64,000 nucleotides of DNA from Vitrella brassicaformis CCMP3155 (lineage: Eukaryota > Protista > Chromerida): contig CDMY01000488.1 in NCBI GenBank assembly GCA_001179505.1, positions 62,001-126,000 on the forward strand, written 5' to 3'. Positions 22,156 through 33,379 of this stretch are shown one piece after another. Every line of letters begins with the position of its first letter. Position 1 is the stretch's first letter. The notes under the pieces are model-generated. The model made no database searches. It saw nothing but the letters and a program-made list of their open reading frames with translations, and was not told the DNA's origin. The translations under genes and the position numbers were made by a program.

Positions 22156-25100
22156 TCAGTCAGTCAGATTGCCGCGGAACTCCTGGAATGTGAGGAACCG
22201 ACCTGCACCCACACACCAACAGACACAACACCCTTGATGCGTGTGCCGCGCCGGTGTGTGGATGGATGGATGGATGGATGGGAGTGGGTGGGTGTATACC
22301 TTTTTCCGCCGTCTGTTTGACCACCTCCAGTGCGAACTCCTTGGCCGTGCGGCCAACGCTGATAATTGGATGGATGGATGGATGGACACACACATGTGAC
22401 CAGACAGACAGACACAATGGGGTTGGGTTGACTTGGGTTGCTGTGCGTACGCACCCACTCACGTACCTCTCCTTTTTGGCGTCTTTGGCGAGTGAATCGA
22501 GTAGCTGGAACATGGGGGCGTTCTCGGCTATGGGGGGCGACAGCTTCCAGGTCTTGAGGCCGTGGATGAGGGACCCTCCGTGAACCGCCAACGACACGTC
22601 TACCTGCATCCATCGGGACACACACACACACACACACACACATGAGGCTGGATGGGTGTGTGGAGGTGCGGTGGGGTGGGGTTTGGCTCACTCTGAGGGT
22701 GATGGTGACGCGCTGCAGCGGCGGCCCCTTCTTGAACAGCTGCACCTCTATGAACAACTGGCGGCCCTTGTCCTTCTTGACAACACCTGACACACACACA
22801 AATCTATGTGCCTCCATCTCCCTGTGACTCCACCCTCCCCCCCCTCCTCACCTCCCTCCTCTGTGTGTGCGGCATTGTTGGTCTTGTTGGTCTTGTTGGT
22901 GTCCCGTGATGTGACGGTGGCCATGAGGGTCTCCCACATCTCGGCCAGCTCCCCCGCCACACGCCGCCACTTCTGCACCCAACCCACTAACCAATCCAGC
23001 TTAGTCGACAGATCAACAGGCACCTGCACAAGCACCAATCCACGGACAAGCAACACAAGCTGGACAAGTGTGTGTCGGCGGATGGTTCTTCCTCTTTCTC
23101 TGCTCACCTGTATGTCTCCCTGCTGTTCGATTCCGTCCATGGTGGGTCGCCCCTGGCCCCCCTGGTTGAGTGCGGCCATGACGGCCTGCTCGAGTGCCGC
23201 CTCCCACACGCCAGGCGACTTGAAATACGCCGAATCGCAGGGTAGCTCAGTCGCTAACGATATCACCTCACGACCGCCACCACCGCTACCACCACCACCC
23301 CCGTTGCCACTATCCCCCTCTCCCTCTTCTCCTCCCTCCTGACGCTGTCCGAACCCATTCAGCTCAACTGTCAATGGCTGATGCTGCTGGACCTCACTAC
23401 TCCCACCAACCGCCCCGTCCGCCCCCTCTCCCGGCCGCACCACATTGACGGTGTATTGCCCGTTGTGCGTCCATGCGAGCTTGAGTGTGGGGGCCGGGGT
23501 GAGGTCGTTGGTGGGCTGAAGGGCCAGCAGCACGTGGGACTGCCCCAGCTGCAGGGAAGTGAGGCCGAGCTTGTGCAGGGAGCTGCGGAGGAGGGCGTGG
23601 GCCTGCCGGGACTTGCTTGCCAATGACTGAATGACGCACACAGCACAGGTAAGTGGGAAAGAGGGGGGGTTTCCAGGTCATGTGGGATGACCTGGTCTGG
23701 TCTGGTCTGGTCTGGCTGGTGTGGCTGGTGTGTGCTGGTACGCACCTGTAGTTTCTTGACTTGGTCGGCGGCTGCCTGTGCGGCCGCCCTCTTGTGTTGG
23801 AGCCGAACCTCAGCCTGGCATATGGGAGGGGAGGGGGGGGGGGCAGNNNNNNNNNNNNNNNNNNNNNNNNNNNNNNNNNNNNNNNNNNNNNNNNNNNNNN
23901 NNNNNNNNNNNNNNNNNNNNNNNNNNNNNNNNNNNNNNNNNNNNNNNNNNNNNNNNNNNNNNNNNNNNNNNNNNNNNNNNNNNNNNNNNNNNNNNNNNNN
24001 NNNNNNNNNNNNNNNNNNNNNNNNNNNNNNNNNNNNNNNNNNNNNNNNNNNNNNNNNNNNNNNNNNNNNNNNNNNNNNNNNNNNNNNNNNNNNNNNNNNN
24101 NNNNNNNNNNNNNNNNNNNNNNNNNNNNNNNNNNNNNNNNNNNNNNGGGGGGGGGGGCAGAGAACGAACGAAAAGATGGATGGAATATCCATGCTGAGTG
24201 TCTCTGCTGTGTGTGTGTGTGTGTGTTCACTTCATTCATTGTACCTGCTCTCTGTCTCTCTTGAGGTCGTGCAGCTTGTCCTGCAGCCTGGCCCTCTCCG
24301 CCTGCAGCTTGCGACCCTGATCCTCGTAGAACTTCGCGTTGTCACTGCACATCCACACACACACACACACACACACACATGCACCAGGGGATTGATTCTT
24401 TGTTTGGGTTTCGCGCACCCACCCACCGTTGGTACTCCAGGCTGCAGCTCTTGGCCTTGCGAACCGAATCGAGCTGCATAGCATACACACTTGTGTGTGT
24501 TGTGGTGTGTTGTGGTGTGTTGTGGCGTGGTGTGGTGACATACGTGTTGGAGTTCGTTGGCGATAGCGTTGATCTGTCCGTCGATCTCCGTCAGCTTGGC
24601 ACTGCGGTTCTGCTCACGCTCAGACCCACCCTGACATTGACACAACACAACACATCAACACACACAAGAGGGCGGGGCGACGTGTGGGGTGTGGTGCAGG
24701 GGAGGAAGGGAGGAGTGCAGAAAGTGTGTGGTGTGTCCCGCTCGCTGGCTGACCTTGATCTTGTCTGTTTCCTTCTGCAGGTACTCGAGGACCAGCTGTC
24801 GGTGCTCCACCTCCACGCTGTCGCGCCACCGCTGGGCCGCCTCCTTCTGACACCGCTCGTACAAGGCATTGACAGCCGACACTATCAACGACCCACCCTG
24901 ACAACACAATGAATGCATCACACACAGACACACACGCAGACACAGACACAGAGAAGGGATGATGTATGTGCACGACTAGGCTCTCTTGCTGATGGTTTTA
25001 CTTACCACTTGGTCGTCGCTATTGCCCCTCTCCTGCCCCTGGAGGCGCTTCGCCAGTGCGGCCGCGATGGGCGGGGGCTTGTTGTCGAATTCCTGTGCGT

Positions 25101-28100
25101 CCTCGGCCACCAGCTGCCGGCCCTGCGCCACCGCGTCAGCCATCTTGCCCTCAAGCGCGGCCCACGCCTGACGCGACGCCCGCACCACCAGTGCCTGCAT
25201 CCGGTCGCTCAGACCCAGCGCCGATATCCACTCCTCCCCCTGGGCTATGGAGGCCGCGGTGTCGTCCTTATCGTCCTCCTTGCTGTCTTTGTCTCTGTCT
25301 TTGTCCTTGCGCGGCGTCTGTGAGGCCCGCTTGCGTGCTTTGTCGGCCTGGTACTGGGAGAGCTTGAGCGACGCCTCGTAGTTGATGGCGCACTCCTGCG
25401 TGAATCTGGCCCATGACAGGGGCGGCGGAGGGGGCGAGGGCGGAGGAGGCGGCTCTCGCTCTTGCTGCTGCTCTTGCTGTTGGGATGGCTCCTTCTGAGA
25501 GGGTCGTCTGCCGCCAGTGCTGCGGCGGGGTGTGGGGGACTTCGCCCCCGCTCCCGCCCCTGCCCCGTCCCCGACCTCGGCCTCGGCCATGTGTTGGTCG
25601 GCCTGCTGGCGACGCTCAGACAGGCGAGGCGACCGACGGGCGCTCTCACGTCTCTCCATGTCTTCGTCCCTGACCTCCTCCTGGCGTTCACGCTGCTCCT
25701 CATCCATCTGCTCGTGCTCATGCTCATGCTCATGCCCGTGGTCGCATTGGTCGCATGGCCCCCGCCGCTGCTGCTGCTGCTGGTCTTCGTCGGTTGGCTG
25801 CACGAAATCCTCACCTCTGTGGAGGCGGTGGGCCGTGCAGCGCCACGAGGACGAGGGGCTGTTCTCGTGCGATCGGCCGGGGGAGCGGCCTTTGGGTGAG
25901 CGGGGAGGCGTCCTCGGCTGATGAAGCTCTGATAGGGGCGGGGACACGGCGGGCGAGCACTTGAGTATCAAGCCGTCGGGCTTGGTGACGATCTCCTCAG
26001 CCTCCTCGGGGATGGGCGACAGGCGGTGGCCGTGGCCGTCCTCATGCATCAGCGACTCCAGCCCTCTCCCCCCACCTCCCTCCACACCCTCACCCGCACC
26101 TGCACCCTCTGTCCCGCGCCGAGGCGACGACCCACGAGATGATTTCTTACGTCCGCGAGCGCCCTTCGATGGTGGTGGTGTGCCGTCGGCCGATTCTCCT
26201 CCTTCTTGCCTCTCGTCGGGGGGCAGCCCTGAGAGCCTACGCGATCGGCGGCGCGACGGCGTGTCGGAATCGACCGACTCGTTGTCATCGGATTGGTATG
26301 GGGGCGGCGGGGGGCGGGGGCTCTGGCGGGAAGAGCGCGGAGAGGGAGGCGACGGACGAGGGGACCTGGGGCGCCGGAACTCGTATGGGCTCTCCTCTGG
26401 TGTCGTCTCGTTCTCCTTCTTCTCGGGCACGCCATCCTCCTCCTCGACTTTCATCTCGTCGTCACGCACCTCCGAAGCCGCCGCGCCTCTCTGTTCGTCC
26501 TCCACGGCGATCGATGGCTGCTCGGCTGCAGCTACCGCCGCTGCTGGTGGGCTCTTGGGCGGCGCGCGGCTGAGTCGGATAGGCGGGGGTGAGTTGATCT
26601 GGTATGCGTTGCCCATGTCATCGTCTTCGTCTTGGCCCTGGTGGGTGGCCTGGGGGAGTGGCAAGGGAGCCATCGAGACGTCAGAGCGCTGAGCTGGTGA
26701 CGGGAAAGGGTGTGGCTGGGCTGGGAGGGAAACGACGCTACGGGGGGCAGCAGCCGCCTGAAGAAACAAACAGCCGAACGAACGAACGGATAATGAAAAT
26801 TAGTATGTCCCATTTCCGCCGTCCTCTTTGTTTCAGTATCTTGCCTGCATGGATTGGTTTCGTCTGAGGGTTCCCAGCCCCAGGCCGCGGCCGTCGTAGT
26901 CTGCCGGCTGCTCGTCGAAGGGCGACCGAGATGGCGTGCGATTGGCTAAACCCTGCGGACGGAACGGCTCAGATGCCTGACCACACACAGACACACGCAC
27001 ACGCATATAAGGGTGTCGTGTGCGGCAGGTCTCTGTGGTGGCTGGTGAAGCTTACGCGCTCGTGTCGTGGTATGGCAGCAACAGCAGGAGCCGCAGCTGC
27101 TGCAGCAGCAGCAGCCTCCGACACAACAGGGGATGGAGTCGTCAACAACTCAAGAGGGGGATACTGCACCACGCACACCGACACACGGACACAAGGACAC
27201 TGATCCACCACACGCAACCTTTGATGTCGCCGCGCCTTCCTTACCGCGCCACTAACGCCACCACCCCCAGCAGCAGCAGCAGCAGCCGCCCCGGTGCTCT
27301 GCTCTCCTCTGCCACCAACACCGGGAGGAGGAGGGGGCACCACCACACCAACGCCAGGAAACGCACCACCACCAGTGCCACCCCCAACACCATAAGCAGC
27401 TCCGCTGCCTCCCGCCCCCATCTCTATCTCTCCCCCCTGCCCCCCGGCGCCCTCTCCATCTCCCTCGTCGGAGAGACCGAAATGGGGACTTGACACGCCG
27501 TCCTCTCGCTGCTTCTGCGGCGATGATAGACCGAACGAAGGCAGTCGTGACCCACCACGGGGGCTCACCAGACGCGCGCCGCTCTTCCCAGACCCGACAG
27601 TGGACGCCACTTTGACAGGGACCTTCGACTGCAGGGGGCCAGCCGCAGCCGCAGCCGCAGCCGCAGCGGCGGCGGCGGCGGCTGCACCAGTGTCCTCACA
27701 GCTGGGGGTCTCCTGTGCAGAGGCCGTCAGCAGTGGGTCCGGGCTGAGAGGGGTGGGGCCCGCCTGCTCCTGCCCTTGTCCCTGTCCTTGGCCTTGCTCA
27801 CCTACGCCGATCTGTGGCGTGTCAGTGTCCATGGGGATGGGTGGCGAGTGGCCGCCGACGATGGCTTGGCCCTCTGCGGGAGGGGTGGCCTCTCCGCTGT
27901 GCAGGGGTGGTGGGGTGGCCATGGGGGGCGAGATGGGCGGCATCTCGGCGTCAGGGGCGAGCGACGGGCGCGCAGAGGGAACGTCGTTGGGAGCCAGGGA
28001 GGGCCGCCACGTCACGGGCTGGTCTTTCTGATGACATCAAGACGCACAAGGATACGTTTGTTTGTTCCACATTGCACGTGAGTGTGTCTGTCTGTCTGTC

Positions 28101-29312
28101 TGCCGGGTTGAGTCACTGACTCCTTGTGCCTGTTGCCATGCGTCATCGATGCCCTGCACCATGGGGTTGGGGAGCGACTCGCGGGGCACTCGCGGGTTCT
28201 GAGAGGTCGGACTGCGGTTCGGACTGCGACCCGTCCCCACCAACTCTACCAAACTGACAGACATCAATGAATGACACGCATAAGCGAGAAAGATCCATCC
28301 ACACACTCACTAACCACGGCACGTGTGTGTGTGTATGTGACCTGGGGAAGTTGCCCTCCATTGCATCGCTGTCTCTACGGCCCCTGCCCTTGCTGCGCAC
28401 GTTGTCCTCAGGAGTGTGTGTGGTGGCCTGGCCGCCCCGCCCCACGACCGTCGCAGGTCCGCCATCCCCGTACCCCATGGGGGTGTCATCCTCACCCTCA
28501 TCGGCAACCGCCACACCTCTGACACACACCACCACCACCACCACCACACACCATCCCACAGGTGTGTGGATGTGCTATGTACATCCACACGTCATGGGGG
28601 GATGCATTCATCTCACCCGTTTTGGTTCAGGGCACTGGAGGACGATGCCGCTGGCGCAGCGGCTGCAGCTGCAGCAGCAGCGGCAGCAGCAGGCTGTGCG
28701 TCATCGGCTTTGCCCAGATGCACCTGAGAAACGGGCTGCTCGGCCATGTCCTCATAGTCCCTGAGTGACACAAAACCAAACGCCGTTGGCACCGTTTCGC
28801 ATCTCCTCCTTCTCTGCCCTTCCCATCCCATTCGGCAAGTACTTACTCTCCGACTTCATATGTGGATGTCACTCCCCACTGCACCCGCTTGCTGGGCGAG
28901 GGATCCCCCTCCTGCCGGGGAGACCTCAGGCACGACGGACCGGGCTCACGCTGCCGGCGGGGGGATACATCTGCGAGGCTGCGCCGGGGAGATGCGTCAC
29001 GACGGGGGCTGAAACGACCCACAAAAACCATTCGATTCATCGGTTGGGCCTTAGTGTTGTTTGTTTGTACCCGGCGTCTGGTTTAGCGTTCTGCAGGCGA
29101 GCGGCAGCGGTGCCTCGTCGGGTGGCGTGGACCGGCTTGGCAGCTGCAGCAGGCTGGGCAGCACCGCTCGACGAATCCCCCTGACCATCCTGACAACACA
29201 TGACATGAGTGCATGATGGGCGGTTGGATGCATATGTATACGTGCGTACCTGCGGCTCAAGTGAAGGGTACACCGACTTGGAACGCTGCGATTTCATCCT
29301 CTCCTCCTCCAC
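22156..29312 (-). CDS. Large multi-exon protein: long disordered N-terminal region, coiled coil, folded C-terminal domain; candidate KNL1/Spc105-like kinetochore scaffold
   Basis: Phase-consistent exons from MEEERMKSQ (29312) through the 26969-28015 and 24976-26769 ORFs, then coiled-coil exons (AKLTEIDGQINAIANELQ, RKLQAERARLQDKLHDLK) and beta-rich C-terminal exons to the stop at 22156. Contains SCLR..KRVQW near the N-terminus. It spans a gap; the family call is inference. Confidence 0.65.
23847..24146. other. Assembly gap (300 N) flanked by poly-G, inside the KNL1-like gene
   Basis: Run of N. Confidence 1.
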
Positions 29313-29383
29313 ATGCTCATGACACGTCAGATCGAATGACGTCTGCCGGTTGTCCCTTCATCGAATGAACACCTCACAGCACG

Positions 29384-30695
29384 ATGGACGCCAGCTGGCG
29401 CAACGCTAAAGGAAGGAAAAGGCGACACTTTCTGAAACTTTGGGTTTCGAGGAAGCTCGCATTGGCAGGTCTGTGTCGGCCCTTCTCGGCAGCATACGCA
29501 CAGGATGGACACTGCAGCATTCCCATCTGCAGCACCAAACTCGCTGGCAAAGGAGATCTCGCGCAGTGGAGATATCGCACGGTGCGCACGTATCTCCACG
29601 TGTACAGGGTTCAGCTGCTCACACGTGTGCGTGTGTGTGTGTGTGCGTGTCAGTGTGTGAAGCGTGAGGCGTTCGATCAGGGCGGTGGAAAAGACAACCA
29701 TGTGCCCCAAATGCAGCCAGGTAGCCCGGCCCTGAAGCACCAGCTGCTGACACTTATCCTGTGGATTATGTATTCTGCCCTGTCTGCGTGTGTGCGTGTG
29801 TGGTGGGTGCAGCTGTGCGTGCTCATCGAGCGCATCCCGAAGGCCTCTGGGTCGCTGGTGGCCGATCCCTTCGGCGGCCCGCTCCGCGACGTGACGGTCC
29901 ACCAGGCTGACGCGCAGGGCGGCTTCACCATGGCTGACTCGACGTGGAAGGCCTCCTACTACTCCGCCACGATCAAGGACCACTGCCTCCCCATGATCGC
30001 CACGCAGTCCATCAAGTCGTCACCATGGTGGGTCAACACAGATACTCCGCAAGGGGCTGGCTGCTCAGGTGTGGCCGAAAGTGATGACTGCCCATGAGAG
30101 GATCGAGGACGCTCTTAGGGCCCTGAAATGAGATGCAGGTCAGCGGACTGTATTGTAGGCGTCATAGCCAATGGTAGGTGGGTGTCATGTGTTTGTTCAG
30201 AGGCGAAGGCATTTCGTGCACTCATTCGCAGCTGCGACATCCTACTCGACGCCTGCCGACAGCGGCTGGGCCCGTGGGTGAGCTGAGTGAGACGCGTGAA
30301 GGTGTGCCTCAGCGCACTCATTGCCCGTGTCTGTGTGGATGACGTAGGACTGATGGGGGGAACCTGTCTGTCGGCAACAAGGTGTGGGTATTCGGTCTCG
30401 TCAACGGCCCCGAGTACAACGGGCTGTCGGGTTGGCTGACAGCCCGGCAACAACACAAACAAAATACGGTGAGCTACTGCGGCAGATAATGTCATCACGT
30501 GTGCGTGTAGGTCCACCCATCCGTGTGTGTGCTGTGCATGCGTGCAGGTATGGCGTGACGTTGTCTGTGGGTGGTGTGGTGAGATCTTTCGCTCGGAGTA
30601 GCCTCCGCCTCGCGGATCAGCTGCCGATCGATGACGACAAGCTTATCACGATCATGAACCTACTTATGCCTGGCATGAATATCGCGATGAGCTGA
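29384..30695 (+). CDS. Hypothetical multi-exon protein with a GLVNGPEYNG..RYGVTL motif near the C-terminus
   Basis: Coding-like exons LCVLIERIPKASGSLVADPFGGPLRDVTVHQAD.., LSVGNKVWVFGLVNGPEYNGLSG and YGVTL..LPIDDDKLITIMNLL. The start and exon chain are unresolved. Confidence 0.45.
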
Positions 30696-30906
30696 CAGAC
30701 CAGACAGGCAGAGGGAGAGAGGGTGGAGGGATAGGTACGTTACACACACTTGCGCTGGCCGACGAACTGACTGTATAGCCTTTCTTGCTTCTCTGTATAC
30801 CTACTGATGTGGCGGGCGAGACCTCGCAATGGCCACGTGGCGCGTGAGGCTGTAGGAGATAAAGGGCCTTTGTACATACTTTGCCGTGTGCGGTGCCATG
30901 CCTTCC

Positions 30907-30939
<33 letters not shown>

Positions 30940-31438
30940 TCTGCGCCACTCTGTGCCACGAGTCTCCCCGTGAATCACTTATGTGGCTTAGGTAGCTTTC
31001 TTGCGCGCGCCGCGTGCGGCCATAACAACAGACAGACGACACTCGTCGCCCTCGGCCATCGGTTTTTCTGAGCGGTGCGTGCCGTAGGGCGCTTCCCTCT
31101 CTCTCTCCATGTCTTTTCCTCCCTCGCGTGTCACCATCGCATGTGCGTGCATGTCGTGGCGGAGAGAGCGGGGCAGGGCTGCATTCCTTCATCACACGCG
31201 CCGCGTGAGTGAATGTTCAGACTGAAAAATGGTGAGCATGTCGTGTGTCCGGAAGACGCATTTGATGTCCATACATGATTCGAATGAATCCACATATCAC
31301 TCACGCACGCCGCCGCATCCGAAAATAAACCAAAATCACTCCACACCTATGGCCCAGCTACTGGTGACAGACACAGATCATCAGCTAACCCGAATGTCTC
31401 TCGTCCACCCCATCCCCCCGTATGCATGCATTCATGTC

Positions 31439-33191
31439 TCACTGAGACTTCTTCTTGCACACCAGTACAACAGAGACGTACTGAAAGCTCCAATCCACTG
31501 CGCCTTCATTTCCTGCATAACGAGTCATGGGTGCTCGAACCACAGCGTTATAGCCAAGGTGGTCGCGAAGGCCGGGAATGCGTTGCTCGCCTGGTGGACC
31601 AACTCGGTAGATAAAGCTCGTCTCTGGCGGTAGCTTGCTGGGGCCTCTCAGAAAGCCGTAAAGATTGAGCCCCGGTCCCCCTTCGCCCTCCATGTCCCAC
31701 TCGTCTACAATCGAGGGGTTTGTCAGCAGCTCCCCTATCTCTGGCAGATAATATTTGGCGTCGATCTCCCGGTAGTGAGTCAAATTTTTGGCAAACTCCT
31801 CCTCATCTCGCTCCTCTTCACCCTCGCCGCGATCTTGATAGTATTCAGCAACCTTCTTCATGTCCTCTGTCACGGACTTGTTGACGACTCTGAACTCGGG
31901 GTCGCCATCCCAGTCCATGTAGGCGCTCAGCAGGGTGGTGTGGCAGTCGAAGTGCTGAGAGAGCAGCTGGTAGAGTGCGCTGTCGACGCCTTTGAGGTGA
32001 GCTGGCGTCATGCTGGACAGGGTATAGTCGTGCGATAGCTGGAACACCCAGGACTGGTTGGCCTGAAGAGAACAGAGACACATCGAGCAATGCATAGGCC
32101 ATACACATGAGAAGGAGCGGATGACGACCGTCCGTCTATGTACCTGGGGAGAGTCGAAGTGCTCCTTCATGCCATCCACCAGCCGCTGCAATGGGGGCGC
32201 CAGCGGGCCGTCCTTCGTGAACCTCTCCCCGGTCTCGTGACGGCGCAAGTTGTAGGCGAGCGCGAGGCGATATCCCGACACAACAGGCTTGACGCTGTGG
32301 ACAATGTCGGAGTAGAAAGCGATCCATCGGGCTTGCTGGTGCCCGAGGGCGTCTTGCGTCTCCTTGTTGAATCTGTCGCCATCGAAGTCCCCATCATCGT
32401 GCAGCAAGAAGTCGCCTCCAGTATACTCGGTGGGCAGGAAGACCAGCAGAGAGGCGAAGTGGTCGTTCGAGCGCTGCGTGTCCTTGTGCACCTCAAAGAA
32501 GTCTCCTTCGCCGTAGAGCAGCATCCTGTACCAATCGGCCTGCACACGGCTGGTGGGCCCCGACATCTCTTCCTCCACCTGCCGGCAGATGCCCTCGATC
32601 ACCCTGGTCCAGTTGCCAGCCTGGCTCTTGAGCGCGACGAGTCCTCCCGCCACCTCCCGCGACTTGCGTGCCTCCAGATCCATGACCGTGTCCATGCCCT
32701 TGCCCACGGGAGACTGAGCAACTGCTCTTCGTACAGCGCCTTCAGTGCAGACGACTGCATGCAAAAACACACACAGACGGAGTCATCAGCACGTGCCACG
32801 AGATGCTGTGTTTTCTGCCTATCATGCTTGCCGAGAAGGGGGCGTCTGTCATCGTCTCACATCTCGGTTCCAACGTCCATGAGGGCCCGTGGATGGACGG
32901 CAGGAGGTCCAGGGTGCCCGAGAGGAACGGCTTGGGGCTCTCATGCTCCTTTAGGTACCTCACAGCGTCGCCAACGGCCGTCCACGCCTCCTCCTTCGTG
33001 AGCTGCCTCATTGCCAGACCAGATCTGAGGTGAGGCCTCACGCGCGACACTCCCTGCTTCGGTGAGGGGAAGCCTTGGTGCTGACGAAGCTTGCGCGACA
33101 GCCAAGAGGACGAGGGTAGGAACGCACCATTGACGTCGACGACGGGACAAAGCGAAGCCAGGGTAAGGACAACAAAGATCTGACTCATCAT
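31439..33191 (-). CDS. 2-oxoglutarate/Fe(II) dioxygenase (P4H-like) with putative plastid-targeting leader
   Basis: YRMLLYGEGDFFEVHKDT (HxD), FASLLVFLPTEYTGGDF, WIAFYSDIVHSVKPVVSGYRLALAYNL (H..R). N-terminus MMSQIFVVLTLASLCPVVDVNG-AFLPSSSWLSRKLR. An alternative ATG lies at 33215. Confidence 0.88.
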
Positions 33192-33379
33192 CGCGAGACG
33201 GTAAGATGAGCTCATCCACAGGACATCCGAAGGGATAGACGTGGACGTTTCGCTGGCAGAACGGGGCATAAAGACTCGCCGATCGCGAGCTTAGCTCGCA
33301 ACAGGAGAGGGAAGAGAAGAGGGAAAGGGGCTTGTGGGCGGTATCGTGTGGGCAGCGCATATCGATATCAGATCTCGCG

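Noticed and set aside
25413-26692. Several long plus-strand ORFs (e.g. 25961-26692)
   Set aside because: Shadows of the GC-rich low-complexity minus-strand exon 24976-26757.
27040-27070. RVSF motif (HERVSF) in the KNL1-like gene
   Set aside because: GAGCGC|GTAAGC is a strong donor and the phase fits the next exon, so VSF is probably intronic.
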